Shown piece after piece: positions 31,899 to 40,695 of a stretch of DNA of 64,000 bases. Positions within the stretch are counted from its first letter, which is position 1; every line of letters starts with the position of its first letter. Below the pieces are notes generated by a model. That model made no database searches, was not told the origin of the DNA, and saw nothing but the letters and a program-made list of their open reading frames with translations. The translations under genes were made by a program, and so were the position numbers. Source of the DNA: an uncultured delta proteobacterium (GTDB lineage Bacteria; Desulfobacterota; Desulfomonilia; Desulfomonilales; Desulfomonilaceae); NCBI GenBank assembly GCA_963789265.1, contig CAWBKB010000001.1:224001-288000 (forward strand), given 5' to 3'.

Positions 31899-33194
31899 AT
31901 GGCTACGGTTGCTGCGAGATCCGAATCAAGATCAAAGACCGGTATGAACTTTGGCGGATGGGGCTGGGGAGTAATCTTTTTCTCCATGCTCATGTACTTC
32001 AACTATGTCGGTTGGTCTGCCGACGGTTTGAACATTTTTACCACGGCCTTTGGAAAGGAGCATGGCTGGGATCCAGCGGTACTGCTCTCGTTGGCCACCC
32101 CTGGAGGGTTGATGGGAGTCGTCGGCGCATTCGTCTTCGGACAGATCATCATGAAAAAAGGACCCAGGTTTGTGACGACCGTTTGCCTGGCGTTCGCCGG
32201 TCTTTCCGTAATCTGGTTCGGTAGAATCAGCTCACTCCCCGAATTCGCAGTCGCTTTCGCTGCCATAGGATTTTTTGGAAGCGGGTTCGGGTTCATAGCA
32301 CCCGGTACCTTGATTACCAACTGGTTTCCAACAAAGAAAGGAATAGCCTTGGGATGGGCAACCATGGGCATGCCAGCCGCAACAGCCTTGTTCGTTCCTC
32401 TCATAGCTTTCCTGTTCAGCAGTCTGGGCATCGCAAATGCCGCCGCTTTATATGGGATTATCATGATTGCTCTGGCAGTATTCGCCTTCTTCTTCGTCAA
32501 GGATTTCCCGGAGCAGATCGGATGCTGCCCCGATAATGAGACGATCTCTCAGGACGAGATTCAAGCGAACCTGAAGGAGATCGAAGGCTACGAGAGCCCT
32601 TTCACGCTGAAAAGGCTCATGAAAGATAGAGAAATGTGGCTCACTTCCCTGGGATTCGGCTGTCTTTGGATGGTTACATTAGGAATTGTCGTCCAGTTAG
32701 TGCCACGGCTAATGAGCATAGGTTTTGACCAGCAGACAGCGATCCTCTTGCTTGCTTCGGCTGCTGTGTGCGCACTGCCTGGAAGTGTCCTCTGGGGTTG
32801 GTTGGACCAGAAGTATGGAACCAAGCCCGCTGGTATGTTGTATGCCTGCTGGTATGTACTGACCCTCATTCTGTTGATTGCTCAGACGAGAAACACAGCG
32901 CTTACCTTTGCCACGGTGGTTTCTGTTGGAATCGGACTCGGTGGCATAAAGAACCTGATTACCTCTATGATCGGATCAGTGTACGGTCGGTACGATTTCA
33001 CTGCTGCTAACCGCATTATCATTCCCATTTCGATCATCGTCCGTACTCTTGGATTTGCGGTCATGGGAATCGCAATGGCTTCAACCAATGGATTCTCCGG
33101 CGCTTACGCCGCCTTTATCGCCGTGGACATTATCGGGTTGATCCTGATTTTCTTTATTTCTCCCGTCTGTAAAGGGAAACTGGCCGCGACTTGA
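31899..33194 (+). CDS. MFS transporter
   Basis: ~12 hydrophobic segments, NWFPTKKGIALG, GWLDQKYG. Confidence 0.85.
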   Translation: MATVAARSESRSKTGMNFGGWGWGVIFFSMLMYFNYVGWSADGLNIFTTAFGKEHGWDPAVLLSLATPGGLMGVVGAFVFGQIIMKKGPRFVTTVCLAFAGLSVIWFGRISSLPEFAVAFAAIGFFGSGFGFIAPGTLITNWFPTKKGIALGWATMGMPAATALFVPLIAFLFSSLGIANAAALYGIIMIALAVFAFFFVKDFPEQIGCCPDNETISQDEIQANLKEIEGYESPFTLKRLMKDREMWLTSLGFGCLWMVTLGIVVQLVPRLMSIGFDQQTAILLLASAAVCALPGSVLWGWLDQKYGTKPAGMLYACWYVLTLILLIAQTRNTALTFATVVSVGIGLGGIKNLITSMIGSVYGRYDFTAANRIIIPISIIVRTLGFAVMGIAMASTNGFSGAYAAFIAVDIIGLILIFFISPVCKGKLAAT

Positions 33195-33525
33195 CGTTCT
33201 TCAGCAATCTGGCAAATTTTAGCAGGGTGGAGATGACTCCTCACTCCCGGCCTGATGCCCAAAAGCCACGTCCAGGCGAAGCATGTGTTTCCCCAATTTC
33301 CATCTCCATGAGGCCCTGGAGAACTGCAGAAAAGCGTTGGGTTAGGTCAGATAACAAGTCGGGTTGAACATTTTTCAAAAGTTCTGCCCGACATAATCTT
33401 TTGAATTGATAGCGGTCCGGCAACGACACAGACTCTTCTTGCAATAACTCTTGAGCAAGCCTGACAGATGACCTCTCGACCGCAGGCCAATGTCGCCTTG
33501 CCCGCGTGTCACAATTTGTCCAGGC

Positions 33526-33575
33526 TTGACAAATATATATATTTGGGCAAATAATGTACTAAACGGTTGGTACAT
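33526..33575 (+). promoter_or_regulatory. Sigma70-type promoter and palindromic operator of the TetR gene
   Basis: TTGACA at 33526-31, AATAAT at 33550-55, 22-bp palindrome ATGTACTAAACGGTTGGTACAT at 33554-33575. Confidence 0.7.
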
Positions 33576-33581
33576 GCGAGG

Positions 33582-34184
33582 ATGAAAGTGGAGGCCGCCA
33601 CAAAAGGTGAAAAAACGAAAGCCAGGGTTCTGGAAACGGCCAGGCGACTGGTCAACGAGAAGGGGTTTTGCAACACAAGCATCAACGACATCATCCAGGC
33701 AACCGGGGTGAAAAAAGGCAATCTGTATTTCCATTTTTCCAGTAAGGAAGAACTGAGCCTGGCAATCCTGGAAGAGGCCGGCAAACAGTTCTCAGCCTTT
33801 CTATTGAAAAGCCTGCAGGGTGAACGTCCCCTGGACAAGCTGTCCAACTTTCTCGACGCGGTCTTTGAAAAGCATAGAAGGGCGAGGTTCGTCGGAGGCT
33901 GACTGTTCGGTAATACCGCTCTGGAAATGAGCGACTCGAACCCTCGTTTATCGGAACTTATAGGGACGGTCTTTGAACGCTGGACCGGACTCGTTGCAGA
34001 AGTGCTGCGTCAAGCTTGTGATGCTGGGGATCTGACCATGAGTGTCCCTCCGGAGCTGTTTGCCAAGCACATTGTTGCCACCATCGAGGGAGGAATCATG
34101 ATGTCGAGGCTGAGCAAAAATGGAGATGATCTTCGAGACTGTTTGAACTCCCTTCGGGTAGCCTTGGGAATAGAGCCGCAGTAG
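33582..34184 (+). CDS. TetR/NemR-like transcriptional regulator, predicted selenoprotein (200 aa), Sec at TGA 33900-33902
   Basis: HTH (GVKKGNLYFHFSSKEEL) and C-domain are in one frame separated only by TGA: FVGG-U-LFGNTALEMS matches the family motif GCLxGNxxxE. A hairpin follows. Confidence 0.8.
33905..33941 (+). promoter_or_regulatory. SECIS-like hairpin of the TetR gene
   Basis: Upper stem CGCTC-TGGAAAT-GAGCG begins 14 nt after the TGA; lower stem GTTCGG/TCGAAC. Confidence 0.6.
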
Positions 34185-34412
34185 AAGCTTGGTCGTCAAG
34201 CATTCAGGCGGCAATGTCCTGGAGTTCAAGGCTGACCCAATATGTTTGAGCATTAAGAGGAAACCCCATGGCACTGCTACGACGTCGAGAACCGGCTAAA
34301 TCGCATCGCAATTTTTGAAGGAGAAATCAGGGTACGAATGTGGCCAGTGCCCCAACTCCTTGCGCTTTTTAACAATTGGTCGATCATTTGCGAGAGTGCG
34401 GGGAAAATTACT

Positions 34413-35282
34413 ATGAACCTCAATTTTGGAAGAAATCGTTGGCTTTCTTTTCTATTCGGAGTGATGTTTGGGGTGATGATCTTGGTCTGTGGAATAGAGC
34501 TGCGTGCTGGAACTGCCGCGGCGGAGATCTCGTTCGACGATTACGCAGCCGTTCTTAAATCCCATGTTGATGATCACGGGATGGTCAATTACAAAGGGTT
34601 GAAGGCGAATCGCAAACCTTTGGACGATTTCATCTCGTCTCTATCTCGTCTCGATCCCAAGTTCTACGATGGTTGGAACGACAAGGAGAAGATAGCATTC
34701 TGGATAAATGCATATAATGCTTTGACTCTCAAAGCTATTGTCGACCATTACCCCATCGAGGCCTCGTTTCTCAAATCCTTTGTTTACCCCAAAAACAGCA
34801 TCCGCCAGATACCCGGAGTGTGGGACAAGCTCACGTTTGCCGTGATGGGCAGTAACATGACGCTGGACGGCATTGAGCACAGCACACTCCGAGCGAAGTT
34901 CAACGAGCCCAGAATTCATATGGCCTTGGTATGCGCGGCGATGGGATGTCCCCCTTTGAGAAACGAACCATATACTGGTGCGAAATTAGACGCTCAACTG
35001 GGCGATCAGGCGGCTAAGTTCTTGAGAAACCCGGAAAAATTCAGAATAGACCGTAATAACAGCAAAGTGAATCTCTCATCGATTTTCAACTGGTTCGGCC
35101 AGGATTTCGTAAAGACGTATGGTACCGTCAAGGAGTTTTCAGGGTTTTCAAAAAAAGAGAGAGCTGTGCTCAATTTCATAAGCCGTTATCTTGCTCCTGC
35201 GGACAGAGCCTTCCTTTTGAAAAGCGGCTTTACCATCGAATATCTGAAGTATGACTGGTCCTTGAACGAAAGGAAAATTTAG
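34413..35282 (+). CDS. DUF547-domain secreted protein
   Basis: Signal peptide; AFWINAYNA, TLDGIEH, EPRIHMALVCAAMGCPPL, YDWSLNE. Confidence 0.9.
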   Translation: MNLNFGRNRWLSFLFGVMFGVMILVCGIELRAGTAAAEISFDDYAAVLKSHVDDHGMVNYKGLKANRKPLDDFISSLSRLDPKFYDGWNDKEKIAFWINAYNALTLKAIVDHYPIEASFLKSFVYPKNSIRQIPGVWDKLTFAVMGSNMTLDGIEHSTLRAKFNEPRIHMALVCAAMGCPPLRNEPYTGAKLDAQLGDQAAKFLRNPEKFRIDRNNSKVNLSSIFNWFGQDFVKTYGTVKEFSGFSKKERAVLNFISRYLAPADRAFLLKSGFTIEYLKYDWSLNERKI

Positions 35283-35415
35283 GGCTTTCCGGCATCGATC
35301 TTTTTTGTGCCCGTTTGTCCCTTGAAGGCTAACCGGCTTGCAACAAGAGCCCTTGCTGAAGCTTTCGGGAACGGGAACTTGCCTTCGAGGAAATGATTTC
35401 GCGGTTGGAGGGGGA

Positions 35416-36009
35416 ATGGAAGCATTGATGAATCACGATGCATCGACGTCGCGGAAACAGGAAGCAGCCCCCGAAAAGTGGGTTGACGCTCATGGAGACT
35501 ATTTGTTTCGGTTTGCAATGAGTAGGCTTCAGGATCGCACAATCGCCGAAGATCTGGTCCAGGAAACGTTCTTGGAAGCTCTTCGCTCTCAGCAATCATT
35601 TCAGGGCAGGGCCTCGGAAAGGTCGTGGATGGTTGAGATCCTTCGCCACAGAATAGTGGACTTTATCCGGAAGAGGATTCGAGAGAAGGTGGACCACGAC
35701 GACGGATCATTTGAGAACCTGTCGGAGGAGTATTTCGATGACAAGGGAAGTTGGGCCCTAAAACCTTCGATGTGGGGAAATAACCCGTTAGAAGTCCTAG
35801 AGGAAAAGGAATTCTGGTCTGTGTTGCTCCAGTGCCTGTCAGGTCTTTCCCGCAGTGCGGCTAATGCTTTTGTGCTTCGAGTACTGGAAGAGTGGCCCTA
35901 CGAGGAATTGTCCGAAAACATGAGCATTTCAACAAACAATCTAGGAGTCATCCTGTACCGGGCTCGGATGCAGATCAGAGGTTGCTTGGAGTCGAACTGG
36001 ATCAAGTGA
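35416..36009 (+). CDS. ECF sigma factor
   Basis: YLFRFA..RL.D...AEDLVQETFL region 2; N..VILYRAR region 4. Confidence 0.9.
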   Translation: MEALMNHDASTSRKQEAAPEKWVDAHGDYLFRFAMSRLQDRTIAEDLVQETFLEALRSQQSFQGRASERSWMVEILRHRIVDFIRKRIREKVDHDDGSFENLSEEYFDDKGSWALKPSMWGNNPLEVLEEKEFWSVLLQCLSGLSRSAANAFVLRVLEEWPYEELSENMSISTNNLGVILYRARMQIRGCLESNWIK

Positions 36010-36027
36010 ACAACCGGGTGGACGATC

Positions 36028-36291
36028 ATGTTGTCCTGCATAGAAGTGACAAGACTCATCTCCGAATCTTTGGACAGGCCGCTGAGTTTTCGGCAGCGGA
36101 TGTCAGTGGCCATGCACCTTTTTGTCTGTAGATTTTGTTCGCGTTATCGGAAACAGATGCGGCTCATAAGCCTTGCAGTACAGCGCTTGGCAAAAGACAA
36201 AGGTGATGCGCTTGAGAATATCTCCGATGACATGCTTTCACCCGAAGCGCGTGAACGGATCAAAGAAAACTTGCGCAGTGGATCCACGTGA
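36028..36291 (+). CDS. Soluble zinc-binding (zf-HC2/ZAS) anti-sigma factor
   Basis: MLSC.E...LIS..LD...HLFVCRFC (HxxxCxxC), no TM segment, directly after the ECF sigma. Confidence 0.9.
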   Translation: MLSCIEVTRLISESLDRPLSFRQRMSVAMHLFVCRFCSRYRKQMRLISLAVQRLAKDKGDALENISDDMLSPEARERIKENLRSGST

Positions 36292-36364
36292 GCTACCGGG
36301 TCGGCGAATACCGAGCGCCTGGTCGTCGTAACATTCTCTCGGTTCAAGGAATTTTGGAATCTCG

Positions 36365-36393
36365 GTGTAAGCATTTCGTGTTTCAGACGACTT
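36365..36393 (+). promoter_or_regulatory. Putative ECF-sigma promoter, copy 1
   Basis: GTGTAAG-cATTTCgtgtttcaGA-CGACT; the same architecture occurs at 45024-45051. Confidence 0.65.
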
Positions 36394-36522
36394 AAGGGTA
36401 ACAGCAATTAACGGAAGGAAGCGCGCGGCATCCTCTATTTCATCGAAGCATATTTCCGCAAGGAGAAGATTGCGGACAGAACGTCAATTATTAGGATTTG
36501 AAGGTCCCGAAAGGGGGACACA

Positions 36523-38820
36523 ATGGATGGTACAGCCGAACAATATGGAATGGTCTCCGGATCAAGGCCCAAATTAAGACTTGCAAAAATCATTCTGGTG
36601 GTCGTCATTGCATTGACTCTGTTGCTGTGCCTCTTCCTCTTACCGGTTAAGGATTATTTGATCGTCGCTCTTGAGTGGACACGAGGACTCGGCGTTTGGG
36701 GCCCCTTGTTTGTAGCGGCGTTTTACGTCGTGGCAGCGGTACTTTTCCTACCCGGCTCTATTATCACGCTGGGTGCCGGGTTCCTGTTCGGAGTCCCAGT
36801 GGGTATGCTCACAGTTTGGATCGGGGCGAACCTTGGAGCGTATGCTGCGTTCCTCGTGGGACGAACTGTCGCACGTGAATGGGTCGCACAAAAAGTAAAG
36901 GGAAACGCAAAGTTCGCTGCTATTGACGAAGCACTGGGCAGAGAAGGGTTCAAAATAGTGCTGCTGTTGCGATTGAGCCCGGTGTTTCCGTTCGACCTTC
37001 TTAACTATGCGCTCGGAATTACGAAAGTCTCTTTCGCAAATTATGCCTTGGCCTCACTCATAGGAATGCTTCCCGGCACGCTTATGTACGTTTACTTTGG
37101 CTCGGCAGCAAGATCTCTCACAGAGCTAGCTGCAGGCAAAGTGGAAACCGGGTCAGCCGGCCAAGTGTTCTTTTGGTTCGGACTGGCTGCCACAATTGCA
37201 GTTGCGCTGTTCGTCACAAGAATTGCCCGCAAGAGCTTGAAAGTAGCGGACGCGTCATCTGCTGTTGCAAAAACACCGCAAACACTGATCCCACCTCTTT
37301 TGGATGGCGGGGTCGAGGTTATCCCTGATGACAGGTACAACCGAGAGCTGGTATCTAACGTGCATCCGACCGGTTGGAGCAATCCCCAACCCGCACAACG
37401 CTACAACCTGGTAGTTCTCGGGGCTGGGACGGCTGGGCTCGTTACTGCGGCAGGTGCAGCGGGGCTGGGAGCGAAAGTTGCCCTGGTGGAACGGCATCTC
37501 ATGGGAGGCGATTGCCTCAACTACGGATGTGTGCCATCCAAAGCTCTGATTCGATCATCCAGGGCGTTTGCAGAGATACAGGCGTCGCAAAATTACGGAA
37601 TCGAGGTTCCAGAAGGGGCGTCAATCAATTTTTCGGCGGTTATGGAGCGATTGAGAAGACTCCGAGCAGGAATCAGCCATCATGATTCTGCACAGCGTTT
37701 CAAGGACCTGGGCGTGGATGTTTTCCTCGGGCATGCCGCATTCACCGGCCGTAACACGATAGAGGTCGACAATAAGTCCCTGCATTTCAAGAAGGCGGTC
37801 ATAGCTACCGGCGCCCGGGCCATGCACCCGGGAATCAAAGGCCTGGCCGAGGCGGGGTTTCTCACGAATGAGACTGTGTTTTCTTTGACCGAAAGGCCTT
37901 CGCGACTCGCCCTGATTGGAGGCGGTCCAATAGGCTGTGAACTGGCGCAGGCGTTCCAGAGATTAGGCAGTCAGGTGATTCTTTTCCACAAGAATGACCA
38001 CATACTGGATCGCGAGGACGCGGATGCTGCGGAAATCATTCAGAACAGATTCATCAAAGAGAGGATTCGACTCATTCTGAACAGTGACCTGAAAGAAGTC
38101 GAGACGGTCAACGGCGAAAAGGTGATCCATTTCGAAGTTAGCGGAAAGAGAGACTCCGTCGCTGTGGACGAGATTCTAGTTGGAGCAGGCCGAGCGCCGA
38201 ATGTTGAGCATCTCAACTTGGAGGCCGCTGGAGTTCAATATGATACTCGCAAGGGTTTTTTTGTAGATGATTACTTACGGACCACAAATCGTGCCATTTT
38301 TGCGGTCGGTGATATTTCCATGAGTTATAAGTTTACCCACACCGCAGACGCGGCTGCTCGCATAGTGATTCAGAACGCCCTTTTCAAGGGATCCAAGAAA
38401 CTCAGCGCCCTGACTGTTCCGTGGTGCACCTACACCGATCCGGAAATCGCCCATGTCGGGATGTATGAGAGAGATGCGATAAAGCGCGGAATAGCCGTCG
38501 ACACATTCGTCAGACCTCTGGTGGAAGTTGATAGACCAATACTGGATGGCGAAGCAGACGGATTCGTAAAAGTTCATGTGAAAAATGGCACGGATAAGAT
38601 CCTCGGGGCCACAATAGTGGCTGCTCACGCCGGGGAAATGATAAGCGAACTCACCTTGGCCATGGTGGGAAAGCTGGGGCTCGGGACGATATCGGGAGTC
38701 ATCCATCCCTACCCAACGCAAGCAGAAGCGATCAAGCAGGCTGCGGACGCGTACAGTCGAACCAGACTCACCCCGCTTGTCAAGACGCTCTTTACGAAAT
38801 GGCTTTCCTGGACTCGTTGA
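36523..38820 (+). CDS. TVP38/VTT (DedA-family) membrane domain fused to a flavoprotein disulfide reductase (MerA/Lpd-like)
   Basis: LLRLSPVFPF..LNYALG in the N-terminal part; GAGTAG, GGDCLNYGCVPSK, GGGPIG, HPYPTQAE; no C-terminal Cys-Cys pair. Confidence 0.9.
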   Translation: MDGTAEQYGMVSGSRPKLRLAKIILVVVIALTLLLCLFLLPVKDYLIVALEWTRGLGVWGPLFVAAFYVVAAVLFLPGSIITLGAGFLFGVPVGMLTVWIGANLGAYAAFLVGRTVAREWVAQKVKGNAKFAAIDEALGREGFKIVLLLRLSPVFPFDLLNYALGITKVSFANYALASLIGMLPGTLMYVYFGSAARSLTELAAGKVETGSAGQVFFWFGLAATIAVALFVTRIARKSLKVADASSAVAKTPQTLIPPLLDGGVEVIPDDRYNRELVSNVHPTGWSNPQPAQRYNLVVLGAGTAGLVTAAGAAGLGAKVALVERHLMGGDCLNYGCVPSKALIRSSRAFAEIQASQNYGIEVPEGASINFSAVMERLRRLRAGISHHDSAQRFKDLGVDVFLGHAAFTGRNTIEVDNKSLHFKKAVIATGARAMHPGIKGLAEAGFLTNETVFSLTERPSRLALIGGGPIGCELAQAFQRLGSQVILFHKNDHILDREDADAAEIIQNRFIKERIRLILNSDLKEVETVNGEKVIHFEVSGKRDSVAVDEILVGAGRAPNVEHLNLEAAGVQYDTRKGFFVDDYLRTTNRAIFAVGDISMSYKFTHTADAAARIVIQNALFKGSKKLSALTVPWCTYTDPEIAHVGMYERDAIKRGIAVDTFVRPLVEVDRPILDGEADGFVKVHVKNGTDKILGATIVAAHAGEMISELTLAMVGKLGLGTISGVIHPYPTQAEAIKQAADAYSRTRLTPLVKTLFTKWLSWTR

Positions 38821-38858
38821 GGCGAGATCCAATAGCCGATACTGTCAGGAGGAGATTC

Positions 38859-39192
38859 ATGGAAACCTATTATGACCCCAAAGACCTTCCGAAATTCGCT
38901 GACATCGGAGAAGAAGCTCCCGAGTTGGCAAAGAAGTTCTTCGATTACTATGGAGCCGTGTTTGCCGAAGGTGAACTCACAGAACGAGAAAAGGCTTTGA
39001 TCGCCCTGGCTGTAGCACATGCCGTTCAATGTCCGTATTGCATAGACGCCTATACCCAGAACCTGTTTGGAAAAAGGGGCCAGTCTCGGTGAAATGACTG
39101 AGGCCGTTCACGTGACCACGGCCATCAGGGGCGGCGCTTCGCTTGTACACGCGACTCAGATGAGGAAAATTGTCAAGAAGGTTTCCATGTGA
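38859..39192 (+). CDS. AhpD/CMD-family peroxidase-like protein of ArsS neighbourhoods; frameshift near 39060
   Basis: REKALIALAVAHAVQCPYCIDAY, then after one extra A: TCLEKGASLGEMTEAVHVTTAIRGGASLVH. Confidence 0.85.
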
Positions 39193-39207
39193 GCCACGGA
39201 GGGTGTC

Positions 39208-40236
39208 ATGCCTCAGGAACCAACGTCGGCCGACAAGGCGTCAAGCGTTGAAAGCTCTCTAGCCTGTAGAGTGGAACCTTTTGCAGGAACTCTGGCCAGG
39301 CACGGACTTGAACTGAAGAGAGGCCATGCCAACACGCTGCAAATCAACGTTGGTTTGATATGCAACCAGGCTTGCCGGCATTGTCATCTCGAAGCTGGAC
39401 CCAACCGGTCAGAAATGATGAGCCGTGACACGATAGACGAGGTTGTTGCCTACGCCAAAAGGGCACGTTTTCAGGTCGTGGATATCACTGGCGGCGCTCC
39501 AGAAATGAACCCCCAACTGGCCTATCTCATTGAAATGATAGCCCCTCTGACTCCAAGACTGATGCTCCGGGCGAATCTCACTGCGTTGGCTGAACAGAAC
39601 TCGCATCAATTAATAAAGCTGTGCAAGATTCACCGGGTGGTGATTATGGCTTCGTTTCCTTCAGTCAGTGCTTCCCAGACTGACTCTCAGAGGGGCACTG
39701 GCGTGTTGGAGAGGAGCATCGCCATGCTAAAGAAGCTCAATGACCTGGGTTACGGGCCGGAGGGAACGGGTCTGGAACTCAATCTTGTTTCCAATCCCAC
39801 CGGTGCGTTTCTGCCGGTACCCCAATCCCAGGCAGAAAAGAAGTTCAAAGCCGACCTTGGACGAAAATGGGGACTTGTCTTCAACAATCTCTTCACATTC
39901 GCGAATGTCCCGCTGGGAAGATTCCTTGCCTGGCTCAAGGCATCAGGAAACCTTGAAGCATATATGCAGAAGCTCTCAGGAAGCTTCAATCCGTGTACGG
40001 TCGAGGGTTTGATGTGTCGGACGTTCGTATCTGTGGATTGGGAAGGCTATCTATACGACTGCGATTTCAACTTGGCCAGGGGAGCCGGCCTTGCCGGTGG
40101 CAAGCGACATGTCTTAGAGATGGATGGTTTGCCGGAACCTGGAACGCGAATACCCACAGGCAATCATTGTTATGCCTGCACAGCCGGGTCAGGCTTTACG
40201 TGAGGCGGGTCCATTGCGACCCAGGTGGGTCCCTGA
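39208..40236 (+). CDS. arsS: ArsS-like (arsenosugar-type) radical SAM selenoprotein, Sec at TGA 40201-40203
   Basis: TLQINVG..CNQACRHCH, DITGGAPEMNP, LMCR..SVDWEG.LYDCDFN; HCYACTAGSGFT-U-GG corresponds to the family motif CTAGxGSSCGG. Confidence 0.85.
40218..40231 (+). promoter_or_regulatory. SECIS-like hairpin of arsS
   Basis: GACCC-AGGT-GGGTC, 14 nt after the TGA. Confidence 0.65.
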
Positions 40237-40347
40237 GAAACGACGTGTACGGGCCTGCCCTTGCCCGGGTGCCCAGGTGCTCTTCGCCGTGTCATTTCCC
40301 TTGCTCCCCATTCAGGCAGAGACTGGGTGAACAGGAGGTCAGGCAAA

Positions 40348-40695
40348 ATGGAACTCAGAGGAAAAGCTGAAATTCTACAGGTCCGAATACTCTATTCTGA
40401 AGGATGTGCCAACACTCCTCCGACCGTCGAATTGGTGAAAAAGGTTGCTCAGGAACTCAATGTGTCAATTCATGTAGAGATGATGGCGGTAAGAACCCTA
40501 CAAGAAGCACAAGAACTTCGTTTCTTGGGAAGTCCTACAGTCCAAATTGACGGAATAGACATCGAGCCTTCATGCCTTGATAACTGCACATACGGGCTGA
40601 CCTGACGCCGGTACGAGGCCTCAGGCGTGCCCCCTGAGGAGATGGTACGACAGGCGTTGCTGAGGGCTTCACGACAAAGAGGCCAGGAAATGTGA
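40348..40695 (+). CDS. Small thioredoxin-like (DUF2703/DF-type) selenoprotein (115 aa), Sec at TGA 40603-40605
   Basis: GGAGG RBS; YSEGCAN, FLGSPTVQIDG.DIE, YGLT-U-RRYEASGVPPEEMVRQAL. The read-through stop overlaps the next GTG start (GTGA at 40692). Confidence 0.8.
40619..40639 (+). promoter_or_regulatory. SECIS-like hairpin of the thioredoxin-like gene
   Basis: CCTCAGG-CGTGCCC-CCTGAGG, 13 nt after the TGA. Confidence 0.65.

Noticed and set aside
33241..33444. Short minus-strand ORF faintly resembling an IS256 transposase N-terminus
   Set aside because: The similarity is too weak to support by eye; no TIR or DDE region was seen.
36523..38820. Mercury resistance (merA) operon
   Set aside because: No C-terminal Cys-Cys pair and no merR, merT or merP nearby.
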